A DNA stretch of 6,653 bases, taken from Octopus sinensis. Its lineage: Eukaryota. Numbering within the stretch: position 1 is the stretch's first letter; each line of letters starts with the position of its first letter. The stretch covers positions 1-6,653 of the forward strand of contig NW_021829274.1 of NCBI RefSeq assembly GCF_006345805.1, written 5' to 3'. Below the pieces are notes generated by a model. It did no database searches, was not told the origin of the DNA, and was given only the letters and a program-made list of their open reading frames with translations. Below are positions 1 to 6,501 of the stretch, piece by piece. The position numbers and the translations under genes are program-made.

Positions 1-280
1 CATACACATGCACATACGTAGATACACACATATACACAGATTCAAACATTCATTCAAACACAGACTTGCATATACATGCATACACATAGACACACGTACA
101 CACACATACATACACCATTAACATACATATATACATACGTACATATTACACATATACACCCACACATACATACACACAAATACCACATACATGCACGCAT
201 ACACACATTCACACACATACATACAAGCATATAAACATACATACATATACATATAAACACATACTGACAGACATACAGAC
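1..280. repeat. Degenerate (TACA)n/(CA)n microsatellite, possibly the expanded 3' tail of the adjacent RTE LINE
   Basis: Seen directly as CATA/CACA variants. On the minus strand it reads (TGTA)n and follows the LINE 3' end immediately. RTE LINEs typically end in short tandem repeats. Confidence 0.95.
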
Positions 281-1019
281 ATGGTGATTGCTCTATTTTC
301 ACTGATGATTGCCGTCTCTCTGAGCTTCTGCATTGGCATTTCTGACCTTCCTTCTATCAGCTTTCAGATGACTATACAGTTTCGCTGTAGATCCGCATGG
401 TTTGAAACATAATTGATTGATGAAAGATTTAACTTCCACTGGATCGGACTTGCAAGCTCTTTTACACGTTATATACAGTTTATCTTTCACGGGCCTTCAC
501 ATGATTGATATACCCAGTCTTAAAAAGGAGTGCACAGCCACAGGCTTCACACCTCCAGTACTTTAACCCTTCGTGTTCAAGGCAACCGGCTTCAAAAGTT
601 TTACAACTTTCCCTTATACGTTTCCTCCCCTCAGCTCTTTCCAAAGCTAGTCCTTCACAGTTCTTTACATTGATCTACAGGTCGTTGCCTTTTATGCAGT
701 CTTTGTGCCATTTTGGGGACTTGCGCTGGGGACGCTCTCCAGTGCACAACTCATCGTAGAACTGCTGTTGTGGAATCTCCTCTTTTCCATAAGTACAACA
801 TGGCAGGTACAGTGCATCTGAGTAGATATGATGAGTGATTGGATGTTCGTGCAACCTGCCTTTGCAAGGACTTTAGTGTCAGGTGTTTTTCTTTACCGTA
901 TGATATTGAATATCTATCTAAAAGATTTCTGATGAGAGTGTTGAAACAAGATGCCTATGTTGTACTGTCCGTGTTTCAAAGGAGTACAATAGAGTTGTTA
1001 GTACTCAAGCCTTGTAAAC
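281..1019 (-). mobile_element. 5'-truncated, decayed RTE-clade (BovB-like) LINE: post-RT C-terminal region, C2H2 zinc fingers and 3' end
   Basis: Manual minus-strand translation across frameshifts gives VYKA*VLTTLLYSFETRTVQHRHL / HSHQKSFR*IFNIIR*RKTPDTKVLAKAGCTNIQSLIISTQMHCTCHVVLME / IPQQQFYDELCTGERPQRKSPKWHKDCIKGNDL*INVKNCEGLALERAEGRKRIRESCKTFEAG. This follows the RTE ORF2 motif series YxAxVLxxLLYGxETW, FHxRCLRxILxIxW, QLRWxGHVxRM, PKxxxYGEL, GxRxxGxPxKRxKD, WExLAxDRxxWR. It carries several stops and frameshifts. Confidence 0.92.
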
Positions 1020-1378
1020 ATACATAAATATACTCATACACATATACATACATACATACATAATACATACATACATACATACATACATACATACATACAT
1101 ACATACAAACATGCATAATCATACATGCATAATACATACATACGTAGAAATACATACATATACATACACATACACATGCACTCATACATACATTCACACA
1201 TACGCAAATACATACATACACGATAATCATACATATATACATAATCATACATACACACATACGTAGAAATACACGCATACATACATACATGCACACACAA
1301 CATAATCACACATACATACATACATACATACATACATACATACATACATACATACATACATACATACATACATACATA
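1017..1378. repeat. (TACA)n microsatellite, pure at about 1310-1378 and degenerate elsewhere
   Basis: Seen directly. It accounts for the MYVC-type ORFs 976..1296 and 1034..1390. Confidence 0.97.
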
Positions 1379-1383
1379 CTTAC

Positions 1384-1424
1384 CATTCACTCAGATATCC
1401 ATTAAAATTCTGAAGAGATGACAT
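1384..1424 (-). CDS. Candidate first coding exon (MSSLQNFNGYLSE + TG, phase-2 donor); product unknown
   Basis: The minus strand reads GACAAA-ATG-TCATCTCTTCAGAATTTTAATGGATATCTGAGTGAATG|GTAAGTATG. This is an invertebrate-type Kozak context (CAAAATG), an open frame and a consensus GTAAGT donor at 1383-1378. I recognise no homology and see no downstream exon in the window. Confidence 0.35.
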
Positions 1425-1477
1425 TTTGTCCTGTTAAAATCTTTCACTTGTTCCAGAAATACGAAAATCTTGTCTCC

Positions 1478-1533
1478 CACGTGACTCACACACTGCGACA
1501 CCGTGAATAATTCACTGCAGTTAGAGGGCGCCA
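1478..1533. promoter_or_regulatory. Motif cluster: E-box CACGTG (1478-1483) overlapping AP-1 TGACTCA (1482-1488), near-palindrome GTGAATAATTCAC (1503-1515) and CTCF-like CAGTTAGAGGGCGCCA (1518-1533)
   Basis: The motifs are seen directly in a short, unique, CpG-retaining island 55-110 bp upstream of the candidate ATG. Function is inferred only. Confidence 0.3.
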
Positions 1534-1567
1534 CGTTCACAATTAATGCAATTGCCCTCACAAGAAA

Positions 1568-1654
1568 CAGCAACAGCAGCAGCAGCAACAGCAGCAGCAG
1601 CAACAGCAGCAGCAGCAACAGCAGCAGCAGCAACAGCAGCAGCAGCAACAACAA
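1568..1654. repeat. Compound trinucleotide repeat CAG-[CAA(CAG)4]x5-(CAA)3
   Basis: Five exact 15-bp units at 1571-1645; 29 triplets in total. Confidence 0.97.
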
Positions 1655-1716
1655 CTATATGATATTCAAACATCAAATATTTTCATTGCAGGCTTGTTCC
1701 TCCATGGACATTACGG

Positions 1717-1749
1717 TGTGCATATGCGTGCAAGCGTGTGCGTGTGAGC

Positions 1750-1803
<54 letters not shown>

Positions 1804-2004
1804 CATGTATATGCATGCATTTATTGCAGCATGTTTTAAATATCTAAGTATGTATTTATATGTCCTTGTATATATGCGTGTGTGTGTTTACATATATATA
1901 CATACGTGTGCGTGTGTGTGCATGTAAATGTGTGTGTATATTATCATGTATGCGTCTACATTTGTAAATAAGTGTGTATGACAACGAGTGTGTGTGTGTG
2001 TGTG
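1717..2004. repeat. (TG)n-(AG)n compound microsatellite (AG run 1767-1798) followed by a degenerate TG/TA tract
   Basis: Seen directly. Confidence 0.9.
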
Positions 2005-2190
2005 TTGTAGTGAAGGTACGTATTTGACTGTCGGTTGGTGGCGTGACTGTAGGAGTCGAAGAGGGGAAGAAGAAAGATGGTAGGAAGGGGGTGAAGAAGG
2101 GGAGATTCAGCAGAGGGAGAAAGGGGAGTGGGAAAAGTTAGTGAGGAGTCAGAATGATGAAGAACAAATACTGAGTACATCATAAGGACG

Positions 2191-2192
2191 TT

Positions 2193-2236
<44 letters not shown>

Positions 2237-2300
2237 TGTGCGTGTGTGCGTGCGTTTGTGTGTGTATGTTTGTTTGTTTGTGTGGGTGTGTGTTTTATGC
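2191..2300. repeat. (TG)n microsatellite with TTTG variants
   Basis: Seen directly. Confidence 0.95.
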
Positions 2301-2371
2301 GTGTAGCTAGAGATAAAGACAGGCACAGAGAGAAAGGGCACACCCACACATGTATACATATATAACTAGTA

Positions 2372-2590
2372 TTGGCACTAACTGGCACTCTGTCGGTAAC
2401 CACGACGAGTGATCTTGTTGATCCGATAGAGGGAACAGCCTGCTTGTCAAATAAACAGCAAGTGGCCAAGCACTCCACTGAAACGCCTACCTTTAACGTA
2501 GTTCTCAGAGAGGTTCAACATGCCACAGAATGTAACGAGGCAGGCCATGGGTAATTCACAGGTACAACTCATTTTGCAAGCTAGCTAGAC
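2372..2590 (-). mobile_element. Diverged SINE body and 3' portion, tRNA head missing (octopus-type interspersed repeat)
   Basis: TGGCACTCTGTCGGT..GACGAG..GTTGATCCGAT..GGAACAGCCTGCT..CAAGTGGCC.AGCACTCCAC..TTAACGTAGTTCTC..CAGGTACAACTCATTTTGC matches my recollection of an abundant Octopus SINE in reverse orientation. Not verified by search. Confidence 0.65.
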
Positions 2591-2599
2591 TCAGCTGTC

Positions 2600-2805
2600 T
2601 ACACATATATATAGTGTGACATTTAGGCATATGTACATATATGCAAATATATACACGCATAGTTGCATGTATATATGAACGTGTGTGTCGGTCAATATGT
2701 GTAGTTTTGTGTATACCCATGTGTGTGTGTGTGCGTGTGTTGGTATGTGTGCGTGTGTACATGTGTGAATGTGTGCGTGTGTGAATGTGTGCGTGCGTGT
2801 GTGTT
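2600..2805. repeat. Degenerate (TA)/(TG) microsatellite tract
   Basis: Seen directly. Confidence 0.85.
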
Positions 2806-2935
2806 TATGCTTGTCTCCTAACCCCTATGATAACAGTTACTAGTCTTTCTTATTTAGTGGTTCGGCAAAGGGGACCGATAAATAATTACCGGACTTGAAA
2901 AAAAAATGATTCCATGGGCGCAATTCAATGAGTGA
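2806..2935 (+). mobile_element. Highly diverged SINE 3'-half fragment, same family as 3374-3458 and 4371-4533
   Basis: TTAGTGGTTCGGCAAAGGGGACCGATAAATAATTACC (about 2855-2890) after a TG tract resembles the recalled Octopus SINE segment TTAGCGGTTCGGCAAAAGAGACCGATAGAATAAGTAC. Confidence 0.55.
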
Positions 2936-2959
2936 AACTTGCTTTCACATGTCAGGGTA

Positions 2960-3355
2960 TATAAATGATGAGTGAGTATGGAGCTATATTACAGGGTGCA
3001 GTTTTTGAGTACAGAAAGGAACATGGTTAGGATTGATGGGTGGCTTTATTTGGTTTAAGCAATGTAAGATATATCTAAATTTGGCTCGTTTCATGCTCGC
3101 GCGCAAGTGTTTTATAGGTGGGGAGCCTGGCGGAGTGGTAGGGAGTAGATTTGGAGGAGATTTGTCAAGGGAGAGTTGCGTGAAGTTGACTTCAAAGCTG
3201 GCAACGAAGGTGGAGGCTTTCTCCAGAGGAGAACTATACATGGAACGATCATTGTTGAGAAGGAAAGGGAGAATTTCGGCACATTTCCTTTGGAAAAAAA
3301 GCAGTGGGATTGGCTGCAGCTTGAGAGGCGGAACGCTTGAGGGCCATGAAGGCAT
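2960..3355 (-). mobile_element. Decayed CR1/Jockey-group LINE ORF2 fragment (endonuclease-RT linker up to the start of RT)
   Basis: The minus strand gives LPFLLNNDRSMYSSPLEKASTFVASFEVN and a Pro-rich stretch. Across frameshifts it continues LKPNKAT / PNHVP / SVLKNCT / SILTH. This matches the EKAxxFxxxF and LxxxKAxGPDxIPxxVLKxCAxxLAxxLxxLF motifs just upstream of the RT domain. Confidence 0.7.
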
Positions 3356-3373
3356 TCAATTCAAACTAGATCT

Positions 3374-3458
3374 TTACCTTGGGGACATAAACACACCAAC
3401 ACCTGTTGTTAAGCGGTGGTGGTGGTGGGGCACAGAAACAAAGACACACACACACACA
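3374..3458 (-). mobile_element. tRNA-derived SINE, central/3' part (left half of a split element)
   Basis: GGGGACATAAACACACCAACACCTGTTGTTAAGCGGTGGTGG..GGGGCACAGAAACAAAGACACACAC resembles the recalled Octopus SINE segment next to its internal (CA)n/(TA)n tract. Confidence 0.65.
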
Positions 3459-3470
3459 TGGATAAATATA

Positions 3471-3660
3471 GTTACCATGATTGACCGCTAAATTCACAAG
3501 TTTTTTTTTCTCTCTGTTTATTTCCTCGTGTTCCTTTCTGTTAAAAAGTGTAGGCTCGAAACGTAAAAAACTTTCTCACCTTCCCGAGCGTCAAACTAAT
3601 ACACCTGCTTGATGCTTACACACCTATTTTCGTCTTTTGTTTTTCTGTAAATTTCAACTA
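3471..3660 (+). mobile_element. Short interspersed repeat, possibly a Penelope-like terminal-repeat remnant
   Basis: A pyrimidine-rich segment bounded by TA runs that contains CTG..GTAGGCTCGAAACGT (3538-3564). The family assignment is inferred from recalled octopus repeats and from PLE pLTR architecture. Confidence 0.35.
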
Positions 3661-3672
3661 TATATATATATA

Positions 3673-4067
3673 CCAGCAGTATCGCCCAGCGTTGCTCGGG
3701 TTTGTAAGGGAAATAACTATATAAGCATTTTTAGAGAGTTATAGCCAAAAAATAGCAAAAAAATGTATTAAAAATGGGAAAAAAATGATGGTAATTTCTT
3801 TTTTAATCGTTGACTCATCGTAGACATTTTTAGAGAGTTACTTCCCTTATATAATAGCGAAAAATGCATTAAAATGGAAAAAAATTATGGTAAATTTTTT
3901 TTTTATCGTAGACTCATCGTAGACGCGCGCTAATACCCAGAAGGGCTCGATATGAATCACGACTATAAGATACCCGGTTTTGGTTAAACTGCACCGCAAA
4001 ATGTGGGAGTAGTTAGGAATCTAAATCGTAGGGGACAGACACACAACTTCACTTTTATATATAAAGA
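3673..4067 (-). mobile_element. Non-autonomous Helitron, copy 1 (395 bp, two ~100-bp internal subrepeats)
   Basis: On the minus strand it starts TCTTTATATATAAAAGTGAAGTTGTGTGTCTGTC and ends CCCGAGCAACGCTGGGCGATACTG-CTGG (CTRR), followed by a host T. Subterminal GC hairpin at 3685-3700. No TSD and no ORF. Confidence 0.88.
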
Positions 4068-4370
4068 CTAGCAGTATCGCCCGGCGTTGCTCGGGTTTGT
4101 AAGGGAAATAACTATATAAGCATTTTTAGAGAGTTACTTCCATTATATAATAACAAAAAAATGCATTAAAAATGGGGAAAAATGATGGTAAACTCTTTTT
4201 AAAATTGTAGACTCCTTGTAGACACGCGCTAATACCCAGAAGGGCTCGATGTGAATCACGACTATAAGATACCCGCTTTTGGTTAAACTGCACCGCAAAA
4301 TGTGGGAGTAGTTAGGAATCTAAATCGTAGGAGACAGACACTCACACAACTTCACTTATATATATAAAGA
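4068..4370 (-). mobile_element. Non-autonomous Helitron, copy 2 (303 bp, one internal subrepeat)
   Basis: On the minus strand, a host A is followed by TCTTTATATATATAAGTGAAG...CCCGAGCAACGCCGGGCGATACTG-CTAG. Hairpin at 4080-4095, 12 nt from the 3' end. Highly similar to copy 1. Confidence 0.9.
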
Positions 4371-4533
4371 TATATATACACACACACATATGACGGGCTT
4401 CTTTCAGTTTCCATCGTCTTAAATCCACTGACAAGGTTTTAATGGGTCCAAGGTTATAGTCCAAGTTACCATGCATTGGGACTGAATCCGGAAGCATGTG
4501 GTTGGCAAGCAAGCTCCTTACCACACAGCCACT
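4371..4533 (-). mobile_element. tRNA-derived SINE, 5' head (right half of the split element)
   Basis: The minus strand has Pol III A-box-like TGGCTGTGTGG (4531-4521) and B-box-like GATTCAGTCCC (4488-4478) at tRNA-like spacing. It continues GTGGATTT..ATGGAAACTGAAAGAAGCCCGTC and a TG/TA tract, as in the recalled Octopus SINE. Confidence 0.8.
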
Positions 4534-4534
4534 A

Positions 4535-4920
4535 AACATAACACTAAAACTAACAACACCTAAAAGTATTATAATATAAAACTAAATGTAGTGACACTGT
4601 ATATAACCAAACATTCTAACAATCCAGCTTCAACAATAAAGAGTCAAGCCAACGATATAAACCGGATAATTACTTCAATATCCTTTATTGAACTCAGCAG
4701 AACCTTACTACAATAATGCTCTAAAAGTGAGCGAGTCCAAGAAAGGAAAGTTAAAAATCATGAAAAATCTCAGGAACCCAAGATTAGTCCCAAATTAACT
4801 CAAGATCGAGCTAAAGAGAAGCAGAAACCGAAACGACTTCAGTCTAAATAAGTCATCGCATTTGGTCAACATATATTCTTAACAATAATCACCAAACACT
4901 TCCCGATCGATCATTATAAT
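4535..4920 (+). mobile_element. Decayed Penelope-like element ORF fragment (RT C-terminus/thumb and linker before GIY-YIG)
   Basis: The plus strand from 4597 gives LYITKHSNNPASTIKSQANDINRIITSIS. After a frameshift it gives NSAEPYYNNALKVS, and later FSLN / FGQHIFLTIITKHFPIDH. These match the PLE motifs YIxxxSNHPxxIxKxxxxxIxxRIxxIS, FxxAxPxYxxALxxSG and PPFSxNVxTxIGxxFLxLIxKHFP. Confidence 0.78.
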
Positions 4921-4958
4921 TTCCCTGGAATTCCAGCATGATCCTGGTCGTGGCTGTT

Positions 4959-5092
4959 GACACACACATACATGTATTCCTAGCATACATACATACGTAC
5001 ATAAATACATGCATGCCTACATGTACACATACATATGCATGCATACATACATACATACATACATGTGGGGGGGTGTATGTGCATATATATAT
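4959..5092. repeat. Degenerate (TACA)n/(TA)n microsatellite
   Basis: Seen directly. Confidence 0.92.
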
Positions 5093-5396
5093 TAAGGGCA
5101 TTACTATACATAAATGCCACACGCTAGGAGGGACTCTTAAAGTCAAAACTACCAAAATAATTAAACACATTGTACAGAATACGAGGGAATGCAACTCTCG
5201 AAGCGAGCATTTTAAAAACAGAATTCAGCTGCATATCATGAGTTGCATTTGCAATGAATATTTCCCAGTATTTAACAGCATTCCCCAATATGTTCAACTC
5301 CCATATAACATATCTACAAACATACTTTGGAGTACTAGAATATAAAGATGTACTTGATGAGGACACAGCTTGGCTTATAACCCTATCTACATACTA

Positions 5397-5470
5397 TGTC
5401 TGTGTGATTGTGTATGTGTGTGTTTGTGTGTGTATATATGTGTGTGTGTATGTGTGTGTGTGTGTGTGCG
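5397..5470. repeat. (TG)n degenerate microsatellite
   Basis: Seen directly. Confidence 0.93.
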
Positions 5471-5618
5471 TCCAAATCTAACGGAGGCCTCGAAAGGTAT
5501 TTTAAGATCCACAAAGATCAGGATAGTGCTGCTCATGGTGGTCTAAAGCAGATGTTATTTATGTTGGTGTCTTTTCAATACATTGTCTGGTTCAAAAAGC
5601 CACATCAGACGCCATGAT
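5471..5618 (+). mobile_element. C2H2 zinc-finger-encoding fragment, probably the extreme 3' end of an RTE-type LINE
   Basis: KSNGGLERYFKIHKD (from 5474) is the second half of a finger, with TAT in place of CAT. In another frame, CYLCWCLFNTLSGSKSHIRRH (5553-5615) is an exact C-X2-C-X12-H-X3-H. A (TATG)n run follows. There are no TGEKP linkers. Confidence 0.65.
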
Positions 5619-5951
5619 ATGTATGTATGTATGAATAATGCAATGGGAATCAAACAGAAATTGGAAAATTTACTTTTGAAGCGTCTAACAGTTTACACAG
5701 AAACAATATGCAAATATTCCAGATCAATGTGCAAGATGCAAAATATTAAACTGGTCAGTTTTGGCGGTCCATATAAAGACGAACAGACGTATAATGATCT
5801 TAGGCATCCTGTAAATCCATTGAAGTATCAATGGTACTGCCATAGTAACAAATCTAAAGCACACACAGTGAAACCGCTTGGTACAGATTGACCTTTATCT
5901 CTGCTGTGTGCTTGGAAGGAAGGTGTATAGCGTGGGATTGTCGCATTGACC

Positions 5952-6034
5952 GTGACAGGAAAAGTTGAGCAGAGAATCTACATCAAATTTTGCCAACAGC
6001 TTGGTGATACCTGCTCAGAGGCCCACGCAAAGTT
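5952..6034 (+). pseudogene. Mariner transposase N-terminal remnant (left arm)
   Basis: (GTG in place of ATG) TGKVEQRIYIKFCQQLGDTCSEAHAK matches the mariner EQRxxIKFCxxLGxTxxE first HTH motif. Confidence 0.85.
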
Positions 6035-6434
6035 TTCATCGTTCTCAACACAGTCAATGAAATCTTGTACAATTGAAACCCGAGTGTCTTTTTGGTCAGC
6101 TGAAAGCAGTTTTGGCACAAACTTGGCAGACACGCGTCTCATACCCAAATCTTCAGTTACAATGGACTGAACTGAACCGTAACTAATCTTCACAGCTTTT
6201 GATAGCTTACGGATGGTGATTCGACGATTTTTCCCTCACTGCTGCACGTGCATCTGTAATGTTTTTCTCAGTTCTCCTGGTTGCGAGTCTCCCAGAATGT
6301 TCGTCACAATCGACATTTTTTCGGCCATCTTGGGAACGTCTGAACCACTCGTACACTTGTGTGTAGCTCATACACTCCATACAACTTTGCGTAGGTCACT
6401 GAGCAGATATTGCCATGACAACTTCCTCTGTCAT
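6029..6434 (-). pseudogene. Mariner transposase DNA-binding region and linker (right arm); catalytic DD34D domain absent
   Basis: MTEEV (ATG 6434-6432), then a deletion, then ECMSYTQVYEWFRRSQDGRKNVDCDEHSGRLAT..VRE / NRRITIRKLSKAVKISYGSVQSIVTEDLGMRRVSAKFVPKLLSADQKDTRV..VENDENF. SGRL corresponds to the SGRP motif and FVPKLL to WVPHEL. The sequence stops just before the expected TGDE. Confidence 0.92.
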
Positions 6435-6501
6435 GCTCTATATACGTTCCTCCATCACGCTCTGCATACGTTCCTCCATCACGTTCTACATACGTTCCTC
6501 C
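6432..6501. repeat. 24-bp minisatellite, about 3 copies (CATACGTTCCTCCATCACGCTCTG)
   Basis: Units start at 6441, 6465 and 6489 (partial), with a partial unit at 6432-6440. Confidence 0.9.

Noticed and set aside
54-1390. ORFs 54..302, 118..339, 976..1296 and 1034..1390 (also 2149..2478, 2556..2762, 4889..5194, 4938..5345)
   Set aside because: These are translations of TACA/TG microsatellites (MYVC and HTHT repeats) that lack stops by composition.
1391-1847. Poly-Leu (signal-peptide-like), poly-Ser and poly-Gln readings of the CAG tract
   Set aside because: All come from the triplet repeat. The listed ORFs use non-ATG starts, and the Gln frame has TAA at 1544-1546 with no ATG before the tract.
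2050-2165. Purine-rich tract with several G runs (possible G-quadruplex or Lys/Gly-rich exon)
   Set aside because: Low complexity, long irregular loops and in-frame stops; no independent support.
3033-3491. 152-aa plus-strand ORF, the longest in the track
   Set aside because: It is antisense to the decayed LINE fragment and runs into SINE and microsatellite sequence; no recognisable domain.
4470-4533. tRNA gene
   Set aside because: A- and B-box-like motifs are present, but there is no cloverleaf and the B box is mutated. It is a SINE head.
5093-5396. Unique AT-rich segment with a 10-bp inverted repeat (5188-5197 / 5240-5249)
   Set aside because: The short IR is compatible with chance. I could not support any TSD, splice pair or protein motif, so the segment is left unexplained.
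5634-5822. Possible exon or zinc knuckle (DQCARC) in unique sequence; ORF 5583..5891
   Set aside because: The ORF is a chimera of finger remnant, microsatellite and mariner end. The candidate minus-strand exon has stops in all three frames, and the motif is too weak.
6432-6501. CRISPR-like array
   Set aside because: The units are contiguous with no unique spacers, and the context is eukaryotic.
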